Source: Macrostomum lignano
Taxonomy: Eukaryota
DNA: 26,763 nucleotides
Assembly (NCBI GenBank): GCA_002269645.1
Contig: NIVC01000710.1
Coordinates: 1 to 26,763 of the forward strand
Direction: 5' to 3'
Shown here one piece after another: positions 17,536 to 26,763 of this stretch. The position numbers were made by a program, and so were the translations under genes. The notes under the pieces are model-generated. The model was given only the letters and a program-made list of their open reading frames with translations, did no database searches and was not told the origin of the DNA. Within the stretch, counting starts at the first letter, position 1; every line of letters begins with the position of its first letter.

Positions 17536-17852
17536 TCACTGAAATTTGTCTAGAGATTTGTCCACCGATATTTTTTCTCAGAGATTTGCCCACAGAGATT
17601 TTGTCCACTAAGATTTGTCTGAATAAAACAGATGTTACGATTTTCAAGATGTAACTTCTATTTTCCACGACTTTATTCTGCAGTGTTCAATTATGGTTTT
17701 TATTCATGTATGTTCGTTAGGCTCAGGGAATTAGTCTATGTGCTGTGCTCAATAATCTGTTTGATGAAATCCACTAAAAATTTACATGTAAGAACTTGAG
17801 TAGCCCGGCCGATTCAGGCAGCAGAGTTTTTACTTTTAGTTTTTCCTATCAG

Positions 17853-20116
17853 AGAGACTGGCTGATGCAGAAGAGCGAGCAGCCTTCGTCCGAGGCAAAG
17901 CTCCAACGAGCATTCTCTTCGCTGAGCTTGGGGCAGCAGCAGCAGCAGCAGCAGCAGCGGGCCTTCAGCTCCGGCGGCCTCTGGCCCAACAGTCAACCGG
18001 AAGTCGCTATCAGACAGTCGCAGGCTCTGGTGGCCGCGTTTCCGGTCAGCTGCGGTGAGCTTTTGTAGCCGGGCTTGGGAGGTCACGGGTTCGAGCCCCA
18101 CAGGAGCAGGCATTCATGCTGACTAACCCTGACACTTATGCTGGCTCGACCTGATATTTATGCTGGCTCACCTGACATTTATGCTGGATTCGCTGACACC
18201 TACATGTACGGTACCTCTGGTGCACCCTGTTTGTCTGGCCATGGCACCCATAATTTTGCCTTTTCGATTGCTCAGGACGGCTGCACAAACACATCAACAG
18301 CAGCGGCGGCAAGGCGCGGCCACAGAAGCATCGCGCAGAGACGTCGGAGTCGGCCAAGACGGCCGCCGGTGGCGATGAAGGCGGCGTCTCAACTACGCGG
18401 GCACCGTCTTCACTTGCTGCAGCTTCGAGTGGGCGGACCCTGAGAATGGGAATGGCACAAACCGGACAGGCTGCAGGAAAAACCGGACAGGCTGCAGTAC
18501 AGACCGGACAGGCTGAAGGAAAAACCGGACAGGCTGCAGGACATGCCGGACAGGCTGCAGTACAGACCGGACAGGCTGCAGGACAAGCCGGACAGGCTGT
18601 AGTACAGACCGGACAGGCTGAAGGAAAAACTGGACAGGCTGCAGGACACCTCGAAAGTACAAAAAGACAGGTACAAAAGGTAAAGACTAATTTCAACAAG
18701 ATCCATCACTGATAAGTTGAAAAGTTCCAAATTGGCTTAAAAAATCAGCGGTCGCTGCCCCCCCCTCAGCGCGACCCGTTTGCCAACGCCCAGCCAATCA
18801 CGGCCGGGCCCGGGCTGGACCTGATTCGTCGAATGGGCTGGCGGGAGGGCCAGGGCCTCGGCAGGCAGGGTGAAGGCCGCGTCGAACCCGTGGCGGTTGC
18901 TATGCGAACCGGACGAGCGGGTGAGTGACAGATGGTGGCCCGCTAATCCGCAAGTTGTACAACCCTATACAACTATCAATTGTGCTTAAAATGACTCAGA
19001 CCTTACTTACCTATCCTTCACTTACGTGTGCTGAGCTCAAAACTGCACTTGCACCCGACTCATCACCAACAAAGGCCTGGCCAGTGACGGTGAAAAAACA
19101 GGAATCCGACCTCGGCTGCCGCAGCCCACACCTCGGCCTTGCCCGCCGCCGTCCAGGCAGCCACCAAGGAAGAAACCCGACAGGGCGAGCGCGCAGGCCC
19201 GCATGCACCGGCTCGGCCACCTGAGCCAGAAGTACACCGGCCACTCGCCGCGCTATCGGCTTATCAGAGAGGTGGGGCCGCCAGGAGCCAAGATGTACCT
19301 CTACTCGGTGAGACCGGCTGCGGACCCGCCTGCTACACCGCTATCTGCTAACAATGCCTCTCTACCCTCACTCTACCCCTACTCTGCCACTATATCCCCA
19401 CTCTACCCACCACTTTTCTACTCTACGCACTACTCTGCCATTCTATCCCACTCTACCCACTACTCTGCCACTATATCCCCACTCTACCCACTACTCTGTC
19501 ATTCTATCCCACTCTACCCACTACTCTACCATTCTATCCCACTCTACCCACTACTCTGCCATTCTATCCCACTCTACCCACTACTCTGCCATTCTATCCC
19601 ACTCTACCCACTACTCTACCATTCTATCCCACTCTACCCACTACTCTGCCATTCTATCCCACTCTACCCACTACTCTACCATTCTATCCCACTCTACCCA
19701 CTACTCTGCCATTCTATCCCACTCTACCCACTACTCTGCCATTCTATCCCACTCTACCCACTACTCTACCATTCTATCCCACTCTACCCACTACTCTGCC
19801 ATTCTATCCCACTCTACCCACTACTCTGCCATTCTATCCCACTCTACCGACTACTCTGCCTCCCTACCTACTACACAAGCGGCCTACCTACCACACAGCC
19901 ACACCTGTTGGCACTCAATCAACAGCAGCAACCTCCCCCACGCTGCCGCAGGTCACAGCGCTGCACTGCACCTATCAGGCTGGCCAATTCCGACCAAGCC
20001 GCTGGCTGGCGAAGGCGGCAGCGGCAGAGCTGGCCCTGAGGCACCTGGACCCCGGCGACGCGGCCCCCATGCCAGCTGCGCAGCCGCGGAGCAGGCGGCA
20101 AAAGCATGGACGATGA
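17853..20116 (+). CDS. Divergent SON-like paralog (G-patch plus degenerate dsRBM, no RS region), 5 exons, about 380 aa
   Basis: Exons 17853(ATG 17865)-18054, 18276-18679, 18770-18920, 19075-19307, 19952-20116; phases 1,0,1,0 match SON introns 4-7; 1143 nt from the ATG, open to TGA. Homologous blocks: ALVAAFPVSCG|RLHK (vs LLASFPVSSG|QFHR); PFANAQPITAGPGLDLIRRMGWREGQGLGRQGEGRVEPV (G-patch); GLASDGE; RYRLIREVGPPGAKMYLYS|V...WLAKAAAAELALRHL (dsRBM-like). AATAAA at 20241. The 19074 acceptor is AAG, chosen because the exon starts with the same GCCTGGCC as SON exon 7; an in-frame CAG at 19099-19101 is an alternative. Confidence 0.85.
18136..18205. repeat. Short 21-22-bp tandem repeat in paralog intron 1
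   Basis: CTGACA(C/T)TTATGCTGG(C/A)TC, about 3.5 copies. Confidence 0.75.
18461..18649 (+). repeat. Coding 21-bp repeat (7-aa TGQAAGK/TGQAAVQ), 9 copies, in paralog exon 2
   Basis: ACCGGACAGGCTGCAGGAAAA-type units at 18461, 18482 ... 18629, in frame with the flanking splice sites. Confidence 0.85.
19350..19865. repeat. 30-bp minisatellite in paralog intron 4
   Basis: ACTCTACCCACTACTCT(G/A)CCATTCTATCCC, about 16 copies. Confidence 0.96.
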
Positions 20117-20514
20117 GAAAGTGAAAACCGATCATCCGATTATAATAATGCATGATTAGACATAACAATCTACAGCAGGATTACAGTAACACTCAAATTA
20201 AAAATGTACCATAATTATTAATACAAAGTATTCAGATAATAATAAATCTACGTAAACAAAATAACAATCATTATCAACATCATTAAATAATCATTGAATT
20301 TTACAATCAAGTGGTAGCGTACTCTTATATTTAGTAAACAGAGACAGATTCGCAATAAAATTAATTCCTACTGTAAAATCAGCAATTATGCCCTACAGAG
20401 AGAAAGTTGTTCAATAAAACCACGTGAAAAGAAATCTCTGTGTAAAAATGAACAAGACTTGAACTTAGCACCATGAAAGAAAAACTGTTTCAACACAGAT
20501 ACTTTATATCTAGG

Positions 20515-21242
20515 GGTGGTTGTGTAGAAGAGAACGAGTGTACATTGGGGTGGTTGTGCTGTAGAGAAAAAGTGTACATTGGGGTGGTTGTGCGGTAGGG
20601 AATGAGTGTACATTGGGGTGGTTGTGCGGTAGGGAATGAGTGTACATTGAGGTGGGTGTGCGGGTAGGAAATGAGTGTACATTGGAGTGGGTGTGCGGGT
20701 AGGAAATGAGTGTACATTGGAGTGGGTGTGCGGGTAGGAAATGAGTGTACATTGGGGTGGGTGTGCGGGTAGGAAATAAGTGTACATTGGGGTGGGTGTG
20801 CGAGTAGGGAATGAGTGTACATTGGGGTGGTTGTGCGGTAGGGAATGAGTGTACATTGGGGTGGTTGTGCGGTAGGGAATGAGTGTACATTGGGGTGGTT
20901 GTGCGGTAGGGAATGAGTGTACATTGAGGTGGGTGTGCGGGTAGGAAATGAGTGTACATTGGAGTGGGTGTGCGGGTAGGAAATGAGTGTACATTGGAGT
21001 GGGTGTGCGGGTAGGAAATGAGTGTACATTGGGGTGGGTGTGCGGGTAGGAAATAAGTGTACATTGGGGTGGGTGTGCGAGTAGGGAATGAGTGTACATT
21101 GGGGTGGTTGTGCGGTAGGGAATGAGTGTACATTGGGGTGGTTGTGCGGGTAGGAAATGAGTGTACATTGGGGTGGGTGTGCGGGTAGGAAATGAGTGTA
21201 CATTGGGGTGGGTGTGCGGGTAGGAAATGAGTGTACATTGGA
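20515..21242. repeat. 34/35-bp G-rich minisatellite downstream of the OXCT1 stop, with a 277-bp higher-order duplication
   Basis: GAGTGTACATTGGGGTGG(T/G)TGTGCG(G)GTAGG(G/A)AAT, about 21 copies; the variant TTGAGG recurs at 20647 and 20924. Confidence 0.96.
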
Positions 21243-21293
21243 GTAGCAAGACGCAAGGCGGTCAAAGCGAGAGCCGATCAGTCGGCAGCGCAC

Positions 21294-24200
21294 TCAGATC
21301 TGCCCCATCATGGTCAGCTGCTCGGACACCTGGAACTGCGCCTCCGTGCACTCCACCAGGTCCTGAACTGAAATACCTTCAGCAATCTCGGTGAGCACCA
21401 GACCCTGCTCGGGGTCCACGGTGAACACGGCCTTCTCGGTGATCAGCATGTCGACGCAGGCCTTGCCGGTGAGGGGCAGGCTGCACCTGTCCAGGATCTT
21501 CGCTTTACCGTCCTGCGGGACCAGGGTAATTCATGAGGCTCCTGCACCATGCCATTGTTCCTTCATTCCAAAGAGTGCGCGTTGCCCTTTAGAATGCAAC
21601 CCCACGTCCTCCATTCTCTGAAGCTGTAAGCCCACTTCCTGCACCCTCTGAAGCTGCAACCCCACCTTCTGCACCCCCTAAAGCTGAGTTGCACTCTGAA
21701 GCAATATCCCTGAAGCGAGCAAACGGCACAACCTTACCTTGGCGCAGTGCTCCATAGTGACCACCACTTTGGTCCCTGGCACCCCCACCAGGTCCATTGC
21801 ACCGCCCATGCCTTTGACCAGCTTTCCAGGAATCATCCAGTTGGCCAGGTCGCCAGTCTTTGACACCTGCATCGCACCAAGCACCGTGACGTCGATGTGG
21901 CCGCCGCGGATCATGGCGAAGCTGGACGCCGAGTCGAAGTAGGCAGCTCCTGGAAGCGCCGTCACCGTCTCCTTGCCAGCATTGATTAGGTCCGGGTCCA
22001 CCTGCTCGGCTGTGGGATACGGGCCTAGGCCGAGGAAGCCGTTCTCCGACTGCAGATGCACCTTCATGCCAGCGGGGATGAAGCTGGCGGCCAGCATCGG
22101 GATTCCGATACCCAGGTTCACGTACATGCCGTCCTTGAACTCCAGCACTAGGCGGCGAATGATGCGCTCGCGCGATGACTCGCCGACCTCTGGGAGGATT
22201 TTGGGATTTTTAAATTGCCGTGTGTGGGCCCAGTGCCATAGACATGTGAGATACCACAGTAAGTTTATTTTCCAAATCCCTAGTGCTACATAACAGTGGC
22301 GTCGCAAGCACTCCAACAGTCTCCAAGCCATCGCGCTGTCCTTGTGACCGGAAACGGCACAAAGTCGCCGAGCAAGATCCCGAGTCAAAGTACGACGCAG
22401 GCTGTCCAAAGGCAAGGCGCTTTCCATACATCAGGAATGATTGAGCTACTAGAAGAGAGCAGCAATCTCGACCACTGGATGGGTCGCTTTGATATCGCTG
22501 CGCAGTGTTAGCTGGACTGACGCCAACAAGGCACTGTAGTAATGCTCTTGAGGATCTCTCCGCAGTTGCATGACAAGCTGGCTGATCATTTGGAACCGGA
22601 AAAACCTGGCAAGAAATCCTTTGCCCAGCTAAAAGAGGCACTGGAAGAAATAATGCAGCCAAAGACATACGTATTGGCTGAATGGTTCAAATGTCAAAAT
22701 ATCGGACGCGAAGCAACAGAGTAAGTTGGCGCCTTTTCCGAAAGACTGCTAAAGGGAGCGGAGAAGTGCAAGTTTTCAAACAGACGAGCGGTTAAGAGAT
22801 CAGTTCATATGTGGTCTGAACAGCAAAGCGATTATCGGCAAGCTGATAACCAAGAACTATAAATAATGGACGTTCAAGCAGGCTACGAGCGAAGCCTACT
22901 GGAGACACCAATAATGAAGGCCGCACCAAGGACTGATTCGGGTACCATCCTTAAGGTCGCTACAAAGCATTCACATGATGCGGGTAGGATACAACCGCCT
23001 AAAGAGTCAATAAGGTCTTGTCCAAAGTATGGTGGTGTGTACCAGAAAGGACAACGTCCAGCGTTTGGCAAAACGTGTAAGTGTAACGCATGCGGTAAGA
23101 ATAATCACTTCGCTAAAGTTTGCCGTACAGGACGACAACAGAAGAAGCAGACAGCCGCCAGAAAGCCTTCCGTACAGCATGTGAGTGAAAGTCTGAGTAC
23201 AGGGATTTTTTACAGCAGAGGCAAGTAATTGTTGCCGTCAGCAGAGACTCAGGGATCCGATTGCAATTACAGAAAAAATACTGGAAGGACAAAAGGAGCA
23301 TGCAATCCGATGTGAATTAGATACCGGAGCTGGTGTTTCAATTATGTTCGAAATGTTGTGGACTCAGTTGGACAGGCCTAGACCGAAACATCCAAGCACT
23401 AAGCTGGGTGACTTAGTGCTTGAAATTCCACACATTCAACACATTCCAAGTACTAGGACTGTACTAATCCATCGCTGAGATCGACGGCTCGCTTTATAAG
23501 AGCTACGCTTTATTGCGAAGAGACGTACTACGAGTATGTGTGCATCTAGAGTCGGATAGCGACGTAAAGACTATAGCGGCAGCGAGTGCATCGATGAGAG
23601 CACACCTCGAACTGAAGCGAGATGCAACGCCGAAATATCTGAATGCCAGACCACGACCGTTCGCCTAGAGGGAAGCTGTGAAAGAAGAAATCGATCGACT
23701 GCTTCGAGAGAACATCATCGAGCCGGTGAAATGTTCTGAATGGGCATCGCCGATTGTAACTGCATCGAAGCCTAATGGTGCGATCAGACTTCGCGTAGAT
23801 TATAGGTAGACTCTCAATCTTAGAGACACATTATAGACAATGGTTGCATCTACCCGAACGACGAGAAAGTCAGTGCAATCAAGCAGATAAAGCCACCAAA
23901 AACCTTGACAGAGTTAGAGTCATTTCTGGGATTAGTGACGTTCTGTTCTCGCTTCATACCTAACTTGTCAGAAAAGACACCAAACTGGTTCAACTGAAGC
24001 AGAAACAGTCAAAATTCCACTGGGGTTTTCAGACCAAATGGAAGCTTTCAACAACATCAAGAGGTCAATCTCTAAGGACGCAGAGTTGCACGCTTACGAT
24101 CCGAAACTACCGGTAGAACTGGTGGTTGACGCATCGCAGAAAGCCTTGGCAGGGGTACTGAGTCGAGATGTCGCCCCGTACTCTACATCAGTAAAGCTCC

Positions 24201-26106
24201 TTCCAAAGCAGAAAAGAACTACTCACAAATTGAGCGTGAGGCACTTGCCATAGTCTGAGGAATTCGCAGATGACATCGATTTCTCTGAGAGAGGAAGTCA
24301 GCTTGGTCACGGACCATAGACCATTGATCTACATTTTACCAGCCGACAAGGAACTGCCGCCCCGTGTGTCTGCCAGACTACAGAGATGGGCGATTTTCCT
24401 TACAGCCTACGACTATCAAAACCAGTACCGGAACACAAAAGCTGTGACTTTTGATGCATTATCTCGACTGGTCAAGACAGGGCTAGACAAGACTACTCTG
24501 GAAATTGGAAACGCAAATGTTTTTTTGCTCGCTGGTGTCGGCTAATGAGATGGTGATGGTGTGTACTACGAATAGCTGTCAGGTCAGGACATGCGGATGC
24601 TAAAGAAAGCGTGACAACAGGAGACTTCAGGAATCGAGCACCGAGATGAACTAACCTTTAAGACGAGTTCCAAGGGGACAGAGAATCGTTCCAAAATCGC
24701 TACGTGACAGAGTGATCAAGGCCGTTCATCAAGCACACCTCGGAATCGCCAGGTCAAATTCTTTGGCCAGAACAGAGTTCTGGTGGCCTGCTATGGACAA
24801 AGATCTCGAGAAAGCTATTGCTCGTGTAAAGTTTGCCGCTCTGCTAAGCCACAGAACAGAAATTTTCGGACATCGAGGCCGGAGGCAAATGGTTCGTGGG
24901 ATCGAGTCCATGTGGATTTTGCTGGCCCATCGAGAAACTGTATCTTCTACTGACAGCAGACTCGTACACACGCTACCCCGAGATCCACATCACCAAAGAA
25001 ATGACCTCGCAAACGGTGGTTCAATGGCCTTCGACGGACATTTTCTCAACTAGGAATACCTCGCACAATAGTATCAGACAACGGTCCAAGCTTCACGAGC
25101 AGGAAGTTCAGAGAATGGCTTGATGGAATCGATTGCAAACAGTTGAGGACTGCGCCACACCATCCCCAGAGCAATGGAGCTGCTGAAAGACTGGTACGGA
25201 TAGTGAAAGAGGCAATCAGTGCAAATGGATTCAGCCAACAAACAATTAAACAGGTTCTTGCTGTTCTACGAGTACAGAGCCTCGGCAGTAAACAAGGGAA
25301 TATCACCAGCTGAAAGAATGCTAGGACGCACGATCCGGGTGCCGTTCACTAAGCGACGAGTGGATTTAGAAGACCAGGTTATAGAAGAATTTAAGAGATG
25401 GTGAAATTCCTGCAAAGGTAGTGCTTTCATCATGGCGCATGGCGCTCATCAAGACAGATGAGGAACAACGAAGTACAGGAAGGTTCCTTTGACCAGATTC
25501 AGACGTATAAACAAGTGAAAAAGCAGACACAATGACAGACCAACCGCGGACGGACGAGCCTAGACCGGATGTTAGACCAGAGGAAGATGCAAGTGCGAAT
25601 ATTCCGAAGCCAAAACTGGATGGATTTGATTGGCCAAAGCGCAGTCAGGGACTAATGAAAAAACAACGAGTTGACTATAGTTGCTGATGTCGACATCAGC
25701 AGCGAATGGAATGTTTCCAATCACTAACTTGCGTTACCCATTGTAAGAGGGAAGATGCTGTGTATGGGCTCAGTGCATAGACATATGAGCCACCACAGTA
25801 AGTTTTTTTGTAAAGTAGTAGCACTATGGAGCAGGACTCCATAGTGCCACATAACATAAATGATGACAAATGGGAATGCTTTATGATTTACTGAAGTGGA
25901 AGATATACGAAAAAAGCATACAGGAAGATTCTCCCCACACTCAGCCCACGGCGGGCCCCGAGGCTTTGCGCAAAAGTTCGCCGCTCGATTGGCTTCTCGT
26001 AGGCAGCGCCTCGCAGCAGCCGTTTGACGTAGATGCCGGGGATGTGCACCTGCTCAGGCGGGATCTCGCCTGTCTCCACGATCTCCTCAACCTCTGCGAT
26101 GGTCAC
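21294..26106 (-). CDS. OXCT1: Succinyl-CoA:3-oxoacid CoA-transferase (SCOT), last three exons; 5' part lies beyond the window
   Basis: Exons (minus strand) 26106-25950, 22189-21738, 21512-21294; 828 nt, phases 1,0. [56 protein letters not shown] (catalytic Glu), [46 protein letters not shown]. The donor at 25950 could instead be at 25941 (same phase). Confidence 0.95.
21595..21690. repeat. Degenerate about 30-bp repeat, 3 copies, in the last OXCT1 coding intron
   Basis: (C)CCCACTTCCTGCACCCTCTGAAGCTG variants. Confidence 0.7.
22216..22295 (+). repeat. 5' LTR (80 bp)
   Basis: TGCCGTGTGTGGGCCCAGTGCCATAGACATGTGAG...TAGTGCTACATAACA; aligns to 25756-25856 at both ends. Confidence 0.9.
22430..23200 (+). 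pseudogene. gag remnant with CCHC zinc knuckle
   Basis: [41 protein letters not shown]; [11 protein letters not shown]; [14 protein letters not shown] (CX2CX4HX4C). Broken across frames. Confidence 0.85.
23300..25400 (+). pseudogene. pol remnant (protease, internally deleted RT, RNase H, integrase)
   Basis: [10 protein letters not shown] (DTG at 23320-23328); [38 protein letters not shown]; ESFLGLVTF; [15 protein letters not shown]; VTDHRPL; [20 protein letters not shown]; [11 protein letters not shown]; [24 protein letters not shown]. Confidence 0.9.
25756..25856 (+). repeat. 3' LTR (101 bp)
   Basis: Follows the PPT, ends CATAACA and is followed by the TSD TAAAT. Confidence 0.9.
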
Positions 26107-26187
26107 CTGTGTTGAAATGGGGAAGGGCGTTAAATGTCAGTCCGGCTATGGGTTTCGAAATCGGAAAAGTACCAGTGTCTGAGGTGG

Positions 26188-26625
26188 AGATACCCATGAG
26201 AAGAGACAGATACCCATGAGAAGAGACAGATATCCATGAGAAGAGACAGATACCCATGAGAAGAGACAGATACCCATGAGAAGAGACAGATACCCATGAG
26301 AAGAGACAGATACCCATGAGAAGAGACAGATACCCATGAGAAGAGACAGATACCCATGAGAAGAGACAGATACCATGAGAAGAGACAGATACCCATGAGA
26401 AGAGACAGATACCCATGAGAAGAGACAGATACCCATGAGAAAGAGACAGATACCCATGAGAAGAGACAGATACCCATGAGAAGCGACATATTACCATGAG
26501 AAGAGACAGATACCCATGAGAAGAAGACAGATACCCATGAGAAGAGATAGATACCCATGAAAGAAGAGACAGATACCCATGAGAGAGATAGATACCCATG
26601 AAAGAAGAGACGGATACCATAGATA
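26188..26625. repeat. 20-bp minisatellite in the upstream OXCT1 intron
   Basis: GAGAAGAGACAGATACCCAT, about 21 copies; source of ORFs 26087-26656 and 26130-26666. Confidence 0.96.
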
Positions 26626-26763
26626 TGCAAGTTTCCGATTTGCCCGGCCGTTTCAACTTTCAACACGCAAGTCGCTATTGGACAAACCAGTTGTCACGTG
26701 ACATGTGTTGCCAGTAGAAACGGGCGGTTCGATTTAAAAGTTGCGCCTATACACGCAGATAGC

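Larger units (their letters stand above)
22216..25856 (+). mobile_element. Decayed Ty3/gypsy LTR retrotransposon (Mag/K02A2.6-like), antisense to OXCT1 within an intron
   Basis: 5' LTR 22216-22295 and 3' LTR 25756-25856 (TG...CA); TSD TAAAT at 22211-22215 and 25857-25861; PBS-like TGGCGTCG at 22297; PPT AAGAGGGAAGA at 25745-25755. Gag, protease, RT, RNase H and integrase remnants in gypsy order, with many stops and frameshifts. Confidence 0.95.

Noticed and set aside
18078-18101. tRNA T-loop / B-box-like GGTCACGGGTTCGAGCCCC
   Set aside because: Only 3 bp of T-stem pair, and there is no cloverleaf or convincing A box; at most a SINE/tRNA fragment.
19203-21293. Long ORFs 19203-20039, 19354-20124 and 20386-21293
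   Set aside because: Produced by the 30-bp and 34/35-bp arrays; only the start of 19203-20039 (to 19307) is exon.
21678-22427. 249-aa ORF as a complete CoA-transferase beta subunit gene
   Set aside because: Its N-terminal part is read-through of intron and LTR sequence; the homologous region is a GT-AG exon of the fused eukaryotic OXCT1.
26087-26666. Hydrophobic repeat ORFs
   Set aside because: 20-bp intronic minisatellite, open in several frames.

Overview
Eukaryotic (animal) genomic DNA with GC-rich spliced genes and introns packed with tandem repeats. The style (GC-rich exons, poly-Q/A/G tracts, minisatellite-filled introns) suggests a flatworm such as Macrostomum, but that is inference only. 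Gene models were built by hand from GT-AG sites, with reading frame checked at every junction. In order: (1) + strand, 5'-truncated gene weakly resembling the NAD(P)-binding half of medium-chain dehydrogenases (440-2016); (2) - strand, 3-exon atypical Rab GTPase (4528-6162); (3) about 5 kb of intergenic, partly AT-rich sequence; (4) + strand, 8-exon SON homolog with RS region, G-patch and dsRBM (11364-16816); (5) directly downstream, a divergent 5-exon SON-derived duplicate that keeps the intron phases, G-patch and a degenerate dsRBM but has no RS region (about 17853-20116); (6) - strand, the 3' part of OXCT1/SCOT (21294-26106), one intron of which holds a decayed, short-LTR Ty3/gypsy element with a TAAAT target-site duplication (22216-25856). 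Most long ORFs in the supplied track are artefacts of tandem repeats. No rRNA, intact tRNA or CRISPR array was seen.
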